Assembly (NCBI GenBank): GCA_964016885.1
Contig: OZ024762.1
Location: 28,892,001 to 28,956,000, forward strand
Direction of reading: 5' to 3'
Origin: Eledone cirrhosa
Taxonomy: Eukaryota
Length of the DNA stretch: 64,000 bases
The position numbers were made by a program, and so were the translations under genes. The notes beneath the pieces are model-generated. The model was not told the origin of the DNA. It ran no database searches and was given only the letters and a program-made list of their open reading frames with translations. Below are positions 26,276 through 41,844 of this stretch, piece after piece. Numbering within the stretch: position 1 is the stretch's first letter; each line of letters opens with the position of its first letter.

Positions 26276-28058
26276 GTAGAAACAATTATTTTCGTTGTTT
26301 GATTCGTTTTTTATTTTTCCATTACTTAAATATTTTATTACCTTTAATAATGTGTTTTGGTTTAATATGAACAGTTATATAAAATTAATAACGTTATTTA
26401 TTCAAATCTGAATAACGTACTAGCATATCTATTGAACGTATGAATCTAAACTATAATAAAAGAAGGAGCGCGAGACTGTGTACGGTTTATAATTGTTTAT
26501 CCCATTAGTAAAATAAGTTGGATTACTTTGAATAAATAATGAATGAATATTACATAATATATTTACTAAATTTTGTGGCTGTTGATTAAATATATTTTGT
26601 TTATTTAAAAATTCACTTCTTTAAAATTTCTGAAATGTCAACACTTCCGATTAGCCATCGCTTCAATAAACATACTAATTTTCTCCTAATATCGTCTTTT
26701 TTAATGTATCATGGATTACGTTACTGGTTAAATAAGAGAGTGTAACACAGTCTTCGTTCAATTTCTGTATTATATATTGTCAATTACGATTTTATTTGAT
26801 GTATCATATCTACATGTATATATACTTGCGTATAATATCAATATACACACTACACATGCTAGCAGAAAACCACCCGGAGGTAGTTTTCTGCTAGATCATA
26901 TAACGGAAGTTGTTTCTGAATGTATTAAATTATGTAGGGTACTTTTAAGTCATGACACCGGTGTCAACTAGACAGTGAAATATTACCATTTATATCAGCT
27001 CCATTGATACAACTTAAACCTCATCTAATTTTATCTTTTATGGTGATTATTTCATATTAAGGTGGACGTTAATGTTTGTAAATAACTTAAGGTGACTTAT
27101 TTACCTTATAGTTTTTGTTTTATCACCTGTATTATTAAATATTGAAGTGGTTCAACATTTTACAGGACAGGAAAATATTATTTTAATCAGAAATCAGTGA
27201 ACATTTAGTTTTTACTAACTTTTCTTGACTTTATATTTGCTCTTGAAAACTAAAGTACGTATTATTTCGTTTTCCACCACAACACAAACATCGTGAACTT
27301 TTCTATCTGAAGTGAAATATCTTGGTTTATTACAACACCTACACACATATTTCTACACACACACGTCTATTTCTCTCTCTTATACTTACACACTGTATGT
27401 CTGTGTATATATGTATATATTAACCTTCATCTTTTGAAATTATGGATATTAATTCTCTTGTCACCTGAACTGTCCTCAATAACAAGAACCTTAACTATAG
27501 AAGCTTATTCGTCTGTTTTATGAGCTGAGGATTTTATTGTGGCAGTATCGGTAGAGATTTAGACGGGTGTTAGATGTATTAAAGCTACTTACAAGATATC
27601 ATTACATATGGTGTTAATAACAGAGATTTAGATAGGTGTTAGATGTATTAAAACTACTAAACAAGATCATATCATTGCGGTGGATTGGCAGTATCGCTAG
27701 AGAGTCGGACGTCATGCTTTCCAGCATAGTTACGTCCCTTTACGATCTGAGTTCAAATCACGCCGAGGTTGACTTTGCCTTTCATCCTTACGGGGTCGAT
27801 AAAATAAAGTACCAGTAATGCACTGGGTAATTGCTGGCCTTGTGCCTAAAGTAGAAACAGTTATTGTGAACAGAGCTTCTCTCACCTTAACAAAAATAAA
27901 AACACACACACATATATAGTGCTAATATATATATATATATTAGCACTTGCTTTTTCTTCTCCCAAGACCAGTCTTACACTTTCATACATCTTATTACTTT
28001 ACCAACTGAATGCTACATTTCTTAATATTTGAGTGGAAGTGTTGAGATTCCTTTATGA

Positions 28059-28565
<507 letters not shown>

Positions 28566-28853
28566 AATATGAAAAACACAAATATATAGACACACTTTGG
28601 AAGTCAGAATATAAAATGTGAAGCTTGAGAAATCTTATATATCTTAACATATATTTTGTGTGTGTGTATATATATATATATTTTATTATTTTTATTTTGT
28701 AATAGATTACTCAAAGGGAAGAAATATACTGACCTATATCAAAGATTACCACAATAACTAGGGAGTGGATGACTAGATATGCTGGACATTGCTACTGTCA
28801 GTAGGATGAGCTGGCTATTGTGGTGGATACCTAAACATTGTAAGACCCTAGTG

Positions 28854-31081
28854 CAGGGGTCACCAAACTTCTTTCACAGTGGGCCGGATAACTGAAAGAA
28901 TTATGAGCGCGGGGCGCATAATTATTCTGTTCAATACTTGCAAGCCAGAACGAAAGTTCTGGGAAAAAAGACGAAACACTACGTTTAGCATTCCATGTTA
29001 ACCATGGGTGAGTGGCGTGCAATGCACAAAAAACAAAGACAACCAACATATTTATTTACTAAAAAGTTATCAAAGAAGGCGACGTTAGCAAAAATATAGT
29101 TACATCAGACCTAGTGTGCATATATCTGAATCTTACAAACTAAGCAGCAAAAAAGGTTAGTGAGATTTGTGAAACTGACGTTTGGCTTTCAAGATATCAT
29201 CAATGTTTGATTTGGAATTGCTGCATCCAATCAAGAGAATTGCTTTCAAATGTTCATCAGTCAATCTCGTTCGATGTGTTGACTTCACATACTTCATTTT
29301 TGAAAATGGTTGCTCACAGACAAGTTGTTCCAAACAATGATGCCATACCAGCGGCAAATTTCTTCAATTTTGGAAACTCAACATCAGCTAAGAAGCGGTA
29401 AAATTCAACAAGTTTTCCTTCTCAGTGCTTCTCTTTCAACAAGTCATTTGCTTGCAAATCAATGAGCTCCAACTGTAGTTCAACTGGCATATCATCAAGG
29501 TTACAATCAAACGGATTCTGGAACAGAAGAATGTCATTCTCAATTCTGTCGAGATCTGAAAATCTCACCAAAATATGCTTCTTCAAGTCACGAGTAATCT
29601 TTTTAGGAAAATCGAGGTTGACATCTTCAGAAATTGTAGCGCAAAACTGTTTGAAACAGTGAAAATGAGAGAAGTTTTCTCCTTCCAGTTGTGCTTCAAA
29701 CAATGACAGCTTTCTCCGAAATCCTTTGATGATTCTGTAGAGATCACAGACGAGGTTATCCTTTCCCTGCAGTTTCAAGTTCAGTTCATTCATGTGGGAT
29801 GTGATGTCGAGCAAAAATGACAACTTTGACAGCCAGGTAGGATCTGACAGCTGTGGATCAGCTCTATCTTTTTCAGTGACAAAAACATCTATTTCGTTTC
29901 GGAGCTTGTAAAATCGAAACAGGACCGCAGCTGAGCCACCTCACTGCTGTGTGATAAGGCAAGTCACAGAAATCAGAATCAATTTCTTCAAGAAAAGCCT
30001 GGAATTGACGGTGATTGAGTGCATGTCCTCGAATGAAGTTCACACCAGAAACGACTGGTTTCAGTACACAAGAAATATCCAAGTCTTTCCCACAGAGTGC
30101 TTGCTGATGTATGATGCAGTGTATGAACAGAGCGCCCGGAATTTGCAAATCTTCCAACTGAGTCCTGATCTGCCCGACCAGACCCTTCCTCAATCAACTG
30201 TAACAGCTCGAAGCTGATTCCACTGAAAGTTTTCTGCACTTCCATGAAAATGTATTTTCCTGTTGTTGTTCCATGCATGCAGCAAACGGATGCCAACTCT
30301 TCCGTTATCTGAAAGTTCAAATTGACGCTACAAATGAACACGAGAAGTTGTGACGTACTCGAGAGATCAGTAGACTCATCCAGCGCCAGAGATACCACAA
30401 GTTCCTAGCTTTCTCGCGTATCTGTAGCACTATGTTCTCTCCAAGTTCTTCTGTTCTCCGCACAACTGAACTTGCCGAAAGGCTGATACTTCCAAACAAA
30501 TCGGCTTTCTCAGGACACAAGTCATTTGCTGCTTTCATCATACACTCTTTGATGAAGTTTCCATCAGTAAACGGTTTTCCTCGCTCTGCCAACTTATGCA
30601 CTATTTTGTAACTTGTACGAGTGACAGATTCATTTTTAGCAAACTTTCTCGTGAAGAGATTTCTCTGAGTTTCTAAACCACGTTTCATGGACTCATATTT
30701 TTCAGAGCGTAACTTTCCAGAAAACTTTGAATATGTTGATAGATGTTTTGTTTCATAGTGACGCCGAAGATTGAACTCTTTCAAAACGGCAACACTTTGG
30801 CTGCATACCACGCAACTAGCTTTCTGGTCCTTTGTTTCCACAAAGAAATACTTTACTCCCCATTCTTCATTGAAAACGCGACACTCGGCGTCCACTTTTC
30901 TTTTCTTAGTAACCATAATAAAGGGTGAAGAAAACGGGATCTGAAAATGAAAAAGACATTGAATTAGAAACATCTCGTGTTCCATCCATTTTATCACACA
31001 AATGCAAGTACCGTTGGCGGGCCTGATGAACTGACGTCGCGGGACTGATCCGGCCTGCGACCCGTAGTTTGGTGACCCCTG
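28854..31081 (-). mobile_element. hAT DNA transposon (Buster/Charlie/SPIN-like, GTF2IRD2-type transposase), frameshifted
   Basis: TIRs CAGGGGTCACCAAACT; KKRKVDAECRVFNEEW, BED-like CVVC...RRHYETKH, SLALDESTD, HCIIHQQAL, VRWLS, CEQPFSKMK...RLTDEHL. Confidence 0.92.
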
Positions 31082-31860
31082 CTCTATATTGTATGTCTCT
31101 AATTGCTCTTCATTACTGTCAAAAGCATTAACTAATATGCTTTTATATTTGTTACTGGCTGTGGGGTCCTTCAACTTCCATATCCTTCTCCTCAAGGTAG
31201 TCCTCCTCTGTCGTTGAGTACGTCTAGTCCTGACAGTGAGGTCACTAACTACTAGGCTATGTTGGGAGGTGCATTCTTCACAGGGGAGGGACTTAGTGTT
31301 TACAACAGACACTCTGTCACGTCTTCTAGTAAGGATATAATCTATCTGGCTGGTGTGTTCCCCTGATCTACAGGTGATCAAGTAATTGTCTCATTATTTG
31401 AAGTTTGTGTTACAGATAGTTAGGTTATTAGTGTCACAAAATTCCAGGATCCTGAAGCCTTCCTCATTTCTAGTACGAAACCCATAGCTTCCATGGATTC
31501 CATCATAGCCATCACTATGTTGTCCAATGTGACCATTTAGGTCACCAGCAATAATTATACAGTCACTGTCTGTTATTTGGGAGGAAGTGAGCATTAGCAA
31601 ATCATAGAACCTGTCTTTTATAATGTCAAGTAGACCATATTGGGGTGCATAGGCGGATATTGTTGTCACAGTTGTTCTATTTAGAACTAGTCTTATTTTA
31701 ATTGTTCTGTCGTTCACTCTATTTACGGTAATTACATTAGCTACCCATTTTTCAGCTAACATAATTCCTACTCCACCCAGTCCTTTGTCATTTCCCACCC
31801 AGAGAGGTTTATAGCATTGTTTATACCCACATCCCCCCTCCACCTACTCTCTTGAATATA
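31082..31860 (-). mobile_element. RTE LINE, apurinic endonuclease domain fragment
   Basis: ISAYAPQ, IAGDLNGHIG, SQIDYILTRR, SQHSLVV motifs. Confidence 0.88.
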
Positions 31861-32291
31861 TATATATCATCATCATCATCGTTTAACGTCTATCTTCCAC
31901 GCTAGCATGGGTTTAGACAGGAATTGTCCCACTTGTGGCAAGATTGATTGGGTGACCGTGTCTCGCTTGTATAGGACTGTATCTGGTAGGTTTTCTATGG
32001 CTGGATGCCCTTCCTTACACCAACCACATTTACAGTATGGACTGGGAACCTTTTTACTGTGTATACTACATGACCACTTTACAGTGTGGACTGGATGTTT
32101 TATTGTCATGACACCTGCATGACCACTTTAGCTTGGATGGGATGTTCTGGTACCAACATAGCTTTACAGAGAAAGGGTGGTGTTGGTGGGAGTGGGAGAA
32201 TGGTGTAGGGGTAGTGGGTTGGGGTGTATATTTGGTTAAGAGGTGCCTACTGAGTGTAGGTTAGCTTTGTACGTAGGGAAGGAAGGTCTTT

Positions 32292-32324
<33 letters not shown>

Positions 32325-32759
32325 CACAGTTTATTACTTGTTTCTTTCAAAGGCAGAGTTGAAGTCTTATTTATCAAGAAAACTTCATGAACTTCACTGG
32401 CTGGGTTGAGAGAAAGATTGGGTGAAAGAGATAGAGTAAGAGTCACTGAGACCAAAGGGGTCTGTGGAAAGCAATAGTTTACATGTTTACTCTATCAAGA
32501 AATGCTCCAAACTGCTTGGCCTCATCTAAGGCAGGCTATTTATCTATGTCACGTCCTCTGTCTCCAAGGGTTGAGAACAAAGGGCTGACCTTTTGATGTC
32601 ACCCAATCTCAGACCTGTTGATGCCCAAAGGGAGATATCCCAGAAAATGACCGTTAAATGTGACCCAGGGATCAACGTGTAGATATATTTCACTACACAT
32701 ATGTATACATATATATATATATACACACATGTATATATACAGCATATATATAGTACGCA

Positions 32760-33482
32760 AAAGATGTAATGAGTAGTCAAACAGGAAGGGAGAACTTTGC
32801 ATGTAGACGAGGCACAGCAGAACTTGAGAGGAAGAGTGCTACTGTTATAAAACGTTTCCAGTCACAGGAAGGATCTATAGATGTGGTTGATAGCTTTTGC
32901 TATCTAGGTGACCTAATCAGCAGCAGAGGAGGGTGTGCCAAGAGTATAGTGGCATAATAAGGATAGGATGGAAGTTAAGTGAACCTCTCCTACTGCTGAT
33001 AACATAAGGTTTCTCCCTACACACAAAAGGAAGGGTATATGAAGCCTGTGTGCGATACTGCATGGTAGAGAAACATGGGCTGTGACTGAAGAGGATGTGA
33101 TTAGACTGGAGAGAAATGACGCAACCATGTTTTGTTGGATGTGCAATATATATCTGAGAGAAAGGCAGAGCTTGGACGAGCTGAGGGAGAAGCTGGGTTT
33201 AAGGGGAATCTGAAATGGTGTACAGGAGACACAACTGCAATACTATGGACATCTGATGCACATGGACAGTGACTGAAGGGTGAAGAAATGTCAGGAAATC
33301 CCAGTGGAAGGAAGCCACAGTAGAGGAGGACCAAGAAAGTCAGGGGCAAATGTTGTGAGAGACGAAATCAAATCGCTAAAACTGGAAGAGATGACGAAGG
33401 AATGCATCTAGTGGAGAGATGCCGTGCTGAGAAGGACCTGTACAACTGTTGCAAGCATGGAAAAGTAGATATAATGATGATA
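32760..33482 (+). mobile_element. Degenerate RTE LINE 3' fragment
   Basis: VVDSFCYLGDLISSRGG and downstream remnants. Confidence 0.8.
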
Positions 33483-34693
33483 CACCAAATATACACTATA
33501 TATATAAATACTATGTGCTACATATACACTATATATATACATATAAATACTATGTATATAGTGTAGGTGCTACATATACAAAATATTTACACTATATATA
33601 TATACTGCATATATAGAGTATATGCTACACATAGACAATATATAAACTATATATATACTACATACACATTATATATAATGTTGTCCAAGGGAATAGCTGA
33701 AACAGCTTGGCACCAATGACATCATAGATCATCATTTAATGTCTACTTTCCCTGCTAGCAAGGGTGGGACAGGTCTTTACAAACCAGGGTGCAGTGGGAG
33801 ACCACATCTCTCTTACATATGGTCCCACATTCTACTGAGTGTATTTTATTGTGGCACCAGTACTAAAGAGGTTGTCATGTCTTTGATAGAACTGAAGGGT
33901 CCTACCAAACCTTTGTTTGGCAAGAGAACAAAATTGAAAAGTATTTTCAAATGTGAATTATTGCTAAAAAAAGTCATAATTTCAACTGTCATGAAAGTAC
34001 CATCAACAAATATTAAAGTTATAAAATTGTTTTTATTTACACATAAATGTGGATATTTTGTCACAAATATAAATATAAACCAGTTAGTGTTTGTAAAATA
34101 ACACATATAAACACATCAATCTTGTTTTGTTTTTCTTGCACTGATGGAGTCATAGGGGTGTCACTGTGGACATTTGAAGCTTGGTGGAGCCCTGCACTCA
34201 CCAGGTTGGAACAGATGATTTCTTCCAGAGAAGGAGAGAGAGGAAATGAGAAAGAAATATAGAGAGGAAGAACAGGCCCCTTGTACTTTTTTTTATCAAC
34301 CTTGAATGGATGAAAGGCAAAGTTGACCTCAGCAGGATTTAAAGTCAGAGAGCAGAGAACCAGAACAAATATGGCAGAAAGTATTCCATCCATTGTTTTA
34401 TAGACTTTAAATAAATGTTTCTATTTTTAACTCAACCCCAGCGATTGGAAGAGAAAGAGGAATGCCAATTAAATCAATCCAGTGCATTACTGGTACATTT
34501 TTAAACACAGAACATAAAGGGCTGTAACTATATGACACAAAGAATGTTGTCTGACGCTCTACAGATTCTGCCAATCCACCACCCTCACCAATAAAATAAG
34601 ATTGTGTCTCTATAAGAAATAATATGAAGTAGAACTTTCTACAGGGTGTATTTGTGTATTACAATACAAAACCTGAGAATAATTTCCAACATA

Positions 34694-35303
34694 AGTACAA
34701 ACAAACCGAACATTATAATAAATGTTCGGTAAACCCATACGTACATATATATCTAAGTGTGCATGTATGTATGTATATACATACTCCTATACGTCTGTAT
34801 ACATATATGTATGTAAGTATACATACTTATATTTAAGTATCAGCCATACTAAGTGTGAGAAATGAAATTTCATTTTTTCCATATATCGTTTTCGGTGCGC
34901 CCGGACGACTAACTCACTCGATATGCAAATTAGGCTGCTCAGCCGTTAATATGCATAAGGAAAGTATATACTTTCAGACGTTCAATCAATTGACAGGAAG
35001 GTATACGGTGCTGATGACAGCTAATAAGCTAGAAACTAGTTCATCGTTCCTTTGTCAGTGTTGAACAAATGGGCAACGATGGTTGCCGAACACTGTATGA
35101 CTAAATTCGGGCTGTTTGTTTACAAACAAACCGAGCATTATAATAAATATTTGGTAAACCCATACGTACATATATATATGTGTGCATGTATGTATGTATA
35201 TACATACTACTGTACGTCTGTATACATATATGTATGTACGTATACATACTTACATTTAAGTAACAGCCGTACTAAGAGTGAGAAATGAAATTTCATTTTT
35301 TCC
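34694..35303 (+). mobile_element. Retrozyme / Penelope-pLTR-like insertion, ~1.4 copies of a 425-bp unit
   Basis: Direct repeats 34696-34880 and 35121-35303; 13-bp TSD AATTTCCAACATA; empty site at ~38920; hammerhead inside. Confidence 0.75.
34981..35065 (+). ncRNA. Minimal type I hammerhead ribozyme
   Basis: Stem I ACGGTG/CATCGT with extended pairing; CTGATGA (35011); stem II AGCT-AATA-AGCT; GAAA; palindromic stem III AACTAGTT. Confidence 0.72.
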
Positions 35304-36096
35304 AATTTCCAACATATTTCACCATAATAAGTGTTCATTAATATATATTATTTTGTGACATTCTTGAGATCATTAGTCCCCAGCTGAACATCCCTAGACA
35401 TCTGACCTATGTAGGTCATTTTCAGTCATCCCACTAGGGTCTTACTATGTTTAGGTATCCACCACAGGAGCCAGCACATCAAGTTATCCATTCTTCGGTA
35501 GGAATGTCTGGCATATCTTTGTCCCTAGTTATTGTGGTAATCTTCAATATATGGTAGTATACTTCTTCCATTTGATAGAGTATATATATATATATATATA
35601 GATGCGTATGAAGGATGACAGCTGCATTAAAAGGTGCAGAGCACTAAATGTCGCTGGAAGCCATGCAGTCGGGAGATCCAGGAAGACCCGGGATGAGGTG
35701 ATAAAAGCTGACCTTGCCCAATTGCACCTCTCAAAGGCGATGACACAGGACGGTGCCCTCTGGCATCATGCAGTAATACAGAAGACCCGACTTCACACGG
35801 CTACAAGCCGAAACTGAAGCGCATAGACAATATCCCCCATCCCTACCCACTGCAAAGTGGTCGACAAAAAAGCACCTAGCACTCACAGTAAATGAGGTTT
35901 TGCGTTAGGAAGGACATTAAGCTGTAGAAATCAAGCCAAAATCAGTTCCCGTGCGAGCAAGATGAGGTCACACGACGTAAAACGGTGATGATGATAAGTA
36001 TAAGATAAGGATTTTTCAAGCTTCACATTTTATATTCTTCCTTCCAGAGTGTGTCTGTATATTTCTGTGTTTCACATTTCACAGTGATGGGGTTTA

Positions 36097-37018
<922 letters not shown>

Positions 37019-38428
37019 ATTTCTAGCTAGTGATCTTTACATAAAATCGTTAAGGGTCCATAAAAGATGGCAGAACTTGGCTTTCTTCTTCTACAAAGTT
37101 GTAATGTAGCATTTAGTTGGTACAAGTAATAATACATATGTCAGTGTAAGACTGATCTTGCATGAAGAAAAGTCAAGTGCTAATATATATAGGTGATTAT
37201 TGTGGAATATTCCACTATTATTATTGTTAAGGTGAGAGAAGCTCTATTCACAATAAAATCCTCAGCTCATAAAACAGACGAATAAGCTTCTATAGTTAAG
37301 GTTCTTGTTATTGAGGACAGTTCAGGGGACAAGAGAATTAATATCCATGATTTCAAAAGATGAAGGTTAACATACAGTGTGTAGGTATGAGAGAGAGAAA
37401 TAGCCGTGTGTGTATAGAAATATGTGTGTAGGTGTTGTAATAAATCAAGATATTTCACTTCAGATAGAAAAGTTCGCAATGTTTGTGTTGTGGTGGAAAA
37501 CGAAATAATACGTACTTTAGTTTTCAAGAGCAAATATAAAGTCAAGAAAAGTTAGTAAAAACTAAATGTTCACTGATTTCTGATTAAAATAATATTTTCC
37601 TGTCCTGTAAAATGTTGAACAACCACTTCAATATTTAATAATACAGGTGATAAAACAACAACTATAAGGTAAATAAGTCACCTTACGTTATTTACAAACG
37701 TTAACGTTCACCTTAATATGAAATAATCACCATAAAAGATAAAATTAGATGAGGTTTAAGTTGTATCAATGGAGCTGATATAAATGGTAATATTTCACTG
37801 TCTAGTTGACACCGGTGTCATGACTTAAAAGTACCCTACATAATTTAATACATTCAGAAACAACTTCCGTTATATTACTTCACACCTTCAATCTATATGT
37901 TAGTTCTTTATTCAGATTTATATAAATAACATTATTAATGTTACATAACTGTTTATATTAAAACAAAACACAATATTAAAGGTAATAAATTAGAAATGTA
38001 AAGAACGAAACATGAAAACGAATGAAGCAACTAAAATAATTGTTTCTATTTTTGGCACAAGGCCAGCAATTGGATGAAAGATAGTTTCATCCAAGTTAGA
38101 CACAGTAAGGATGAGAGGCAAAGTTAATCTCGGCAGGATTTCAACTCAGACCGCAAAGGGACGTGACTCTATGCTGCAAAGCATGGCGTCCGACCCTCTA
38201 TTCATACTGCCAATCCACCTAATGGGAGAGTGACAGACTCTATACTCCTGTGTGAGCTGTAACTCAGCCCCACCCTACAGACAAAATGGCAAAGGTGTTA
38301 CCACAGAATAACCAGAGACACCCACTGCAACATCCACTCCACATATTTAAAGTATTTTTAAATATGAATTATTTCTAAACAAAGTCATAATATTAACTGT
38401 GATGAAAGTACCATCCAACAAATATTAA

Positions 38429-38628
38429 CCCTTTGATGTTCAAACCGGCCAGAATTCTCTACCTTTTTCTGTTGAAACTGGTCACTCAAACTGATGTTAT
38501 GGTATTGTTCTCAAAATAAATACTTTCAAAATCTCATAGATTCAATATTATGTGAGATAATTATGTGAGATAAAGCATTTACCATGAAAATATAATAGTA
38601 TATATAGAATACTGTGAATACTAAAGGG
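38429..38628 (-). mobile_element. TTAA-flanked piggyBac-like MITE
   Basis: ttaa|CCCTTT...AAAGGG|ttaa; the paralogous empty site at ~34010 has a single TTAA. Confidence 0.82.
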
Positions 38629-40400
38629 TTAAAGTTATAAAATTGTTTTTATTTTCACATAAATGTGGATATTTTGTCACAAATATAAACATAAACCAGT
38701 TAGGTATTATAAAATAAACACATAAATCTTTAAACTAAGAACATAAAGAGCTGTAAGTATATGACACAAAGCATGTTGTTTAATGCTCTACTAATTCTAC
38801 CAATCCACCACCCTCAAAAATAAAATAAGATTGTGTCTCTATAAGAAACCTTAATGACAAATATGAAGTAGAACTTTCTACAGGTGTATTTGTGGATTAC
38901 AATACAAAACCTCTGAGAATAATTTCAAACATATTTCACCATAATAAATGTTCATTAATATATATTATTATTTCGTGGCATTCTTGAGATCATTAATCCC
39001 TACTTGAACATCCCTAGACATCTGATCTATGTAGGTCATTTTCAGTCATCCCACTAGGGTCTTACTATGTTTAGGTATCCACCACAGGAGCCAGCTCGTC
39101 AGGTCATCCATTCATCGGTAGGAATGTCCAGCATATCTTGTCCTCCGCTCCCTAGTTATTGTGGTAATATTTGATATATGGCAGTTTATTTCTTCCCATT
39201 GATAGAGGAGTATATATATATATATATTATATATATATATATATATAAAACACAAATTTAAATAATTTTGAAACCATACAAAGCACTAGAAAATTAAAAT
39301 TTCCAAGATAACAATAGAATCTTTACCTTAGCAAATTAAATAATCCCAAATATTTTCAAGTTTAAAAAGCCATTATCAAGGGAGAATTAGAATAACTTCC
39401 ATTGTGTTAATTCACACATTTAATCAATATGCTAGTAATTTATTCAGATTTGTATAAATAACATTATGAATTTTGCATGATTGTTCATATTAAAACAAAA
39501 CACATTTTTAAAAGTAAAAAAAATATTTAAGAAATGGAAATGTAAAGAAGGATAACGAAAACGAATCAAGCAACAAAAATAATTTTTTCTACTTTTGGCA
39601 CAAGGCCAGCAATTATCTCAGTGTATTACTGATTTTATAGACCCTGTAAAGATGAAATGCAAAGTTAACCTCGGTGGGATTTGAACTCAGACCATAAAGG
39701 TTCGTAACTCTTTGCTGCAAAGCATGGCGTCCGACCCTCTACCGATACTGCCAATCCATGGAAATGTAAAGAAGAAAAACGAAAACATATCTAGCAACGA
39801 AAAGAAGAGAGGGAGAGGGACAGACACTATATTGCAGCTGAGCTGTGATTCAGCCCCACCCTACAGACAAAATGACAAAGGTGTTACCACAGAGAATAGT
39901 GAAAGACACCCACTTCAGCATACACCCCATCTCATGGGACTCCTTCCTCGAGTGGGCTGCTGTCTTTCTAATTTTGAGAAGGAACTCTTCAGCCGAACAT
40001 TGTATATACATGTTTGTCAGTGTGAGTGTACATATGTATATATAATGTTGTCAAAACTTCTATATACACGATATTTAATATTGTCCAATATATATATAGA
40101 CCATATATAATGCTGTCCAAAGGAATGGCTGAAACAGCTCTACCTCAGTGATGTCACAGCTCATCATCATTTAATGTCCAGTTTCCCTGCTAGCAAGGGT
40201 TAGACAGGTTGTCTTCAAAGACCAAGTGGGGTTGGGGTCCTCCTTTCAGTTACATATGGTCACACCTTCTACTGGGTGTATTTTGTTGTGGCACCAATAC
40301 TAAAGTGATTGTCATGTCCTTTACACAGCAGAAAGGTCCACCCAACCCTTATTTTAGCAGGTTTTTTATAGCTGCATGCCCTTCCTATCACCAATATTCG

Positions 40401-40442
<42 letters not shown>

Positions 40443-40628
40443 CAGTCTATATATACACGACATATATATATATATATGTATATATGCACTATACAGTCTA
40501 TATATATATACACTACATATGTATATATATATATATTTATGTAATAAATTTATTACATAACTATTAAGCTCTGTTACCTACATAGAGCACTCTTTTTTCC
40601 TGGACTTTTCCGACGGAATTACTTCATT

Positions 40629-40692
<64 letters not shown>

Positions 40693-40696
<4 letters not shown>

Positions 40697-41258
40697 ATAG
40701 CTGTATAACAAAGTGCAGGGCAATAAAGATAGATGGTAGCCACGGAATAGGCAGACCTAGAAAAACCTGGGACGAGCTGATAAACTCCGACCTCACACAC
40801 TTAGACCTCTTCAAGACAATGTCACTGGACCGAGACCTTTGGCGGTACTCAGTAACAGAGAAGACCCGCCTTACCAAAATACATAGTAAAACCTACTACA
40901 GCCAGTAGGCATCTCTAACAAAATACCCTCCCCACCCCATCCACACCACCCCGTTCTATGTAAAGTTATGTTGGTGCCACACCATCCAGGCCGAAACAAA
41001 TGAGATCGTGTAGGTGTCACGACAAAAAAACACACAGTTCACGCTGTAATGTGGCCGTGTAGGCAACACGGTAAAAACCTCCCAGCCCCACACTGTAAAT
41101 GTGGTTGGTGTTAGGAAGGGCATCCAACTGTAGAAAACCTGCCAGACAGTCCTATGCGAGCAAGACAATCACTCTTGCCTCAAGTGGGACTACCCCCGTC
41201 CAAACCCATGCAAGCGTGGAACACGGACGTTAAACGTTGATGATGATGATGATGATGA
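40693..41258 (+). mobile_element. RTE LINE 3' end with (GAT)n tail
   Basis: Highly similar to 42230-42920. Confidence 0.8.
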
Positions 41259-41337
41259 TGCACTATACAGTCTATATATATACACTACATATATATATAT
41301 ATGTATGTATATATGCACTATACAGTCTATATATATA

Positions 41338-41376
<39 letters not shown>

Positions 41377-41840
41377 TATGCACTATACAGTCTATATATA
41401 TATACACTACATATATATATGCACTATACAGTCTATATATATATATATATATACACTACACATATATATATATATATATACACTACACATATATATATAT
41501 ATGTATATATGCACTATATAGTCTATATATATATATACACTACACATATATATATATGTATATATGCACTATACAGTCTATATATATATATACACTACAC
41601 ATATATATATGTATATATGCACTATACAGTCTATATATATACACTACAGATATATATATATGCACTATACAGTCTATATATATATACACTACACATATAT
41701 ATATATGTATATATGCACTATACAGTCTATATATATACACTACATATATATATATATGTATATATGCACTATACAGTCTATATATATACACTACACACAT
41801 ATATATATATATACACTACACACATATATATATATGTATA
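41258..41840. repeat. TA-rich compound minisatellite
   Basis: atgcactatacagtctatatatatacactacatatata unit with variable (TA)n; also at 40430-40530. Confidence 0.85.
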
Positions 41841-41844
41841 ATTA

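Noticed and set aside
31021-31075. CTGATGA as another hammerhead core
   Set aside because: No downstream GAAA or stems; it is hAT subterminal sequence.
30317-31381. 354-aa apparent RTE endonuclease-hAT transposase fusion protein
   Set aside because: Chance in-frame read-through across the hAT TIR; both parents are broken, and the transposase has its own ATG near 30916.
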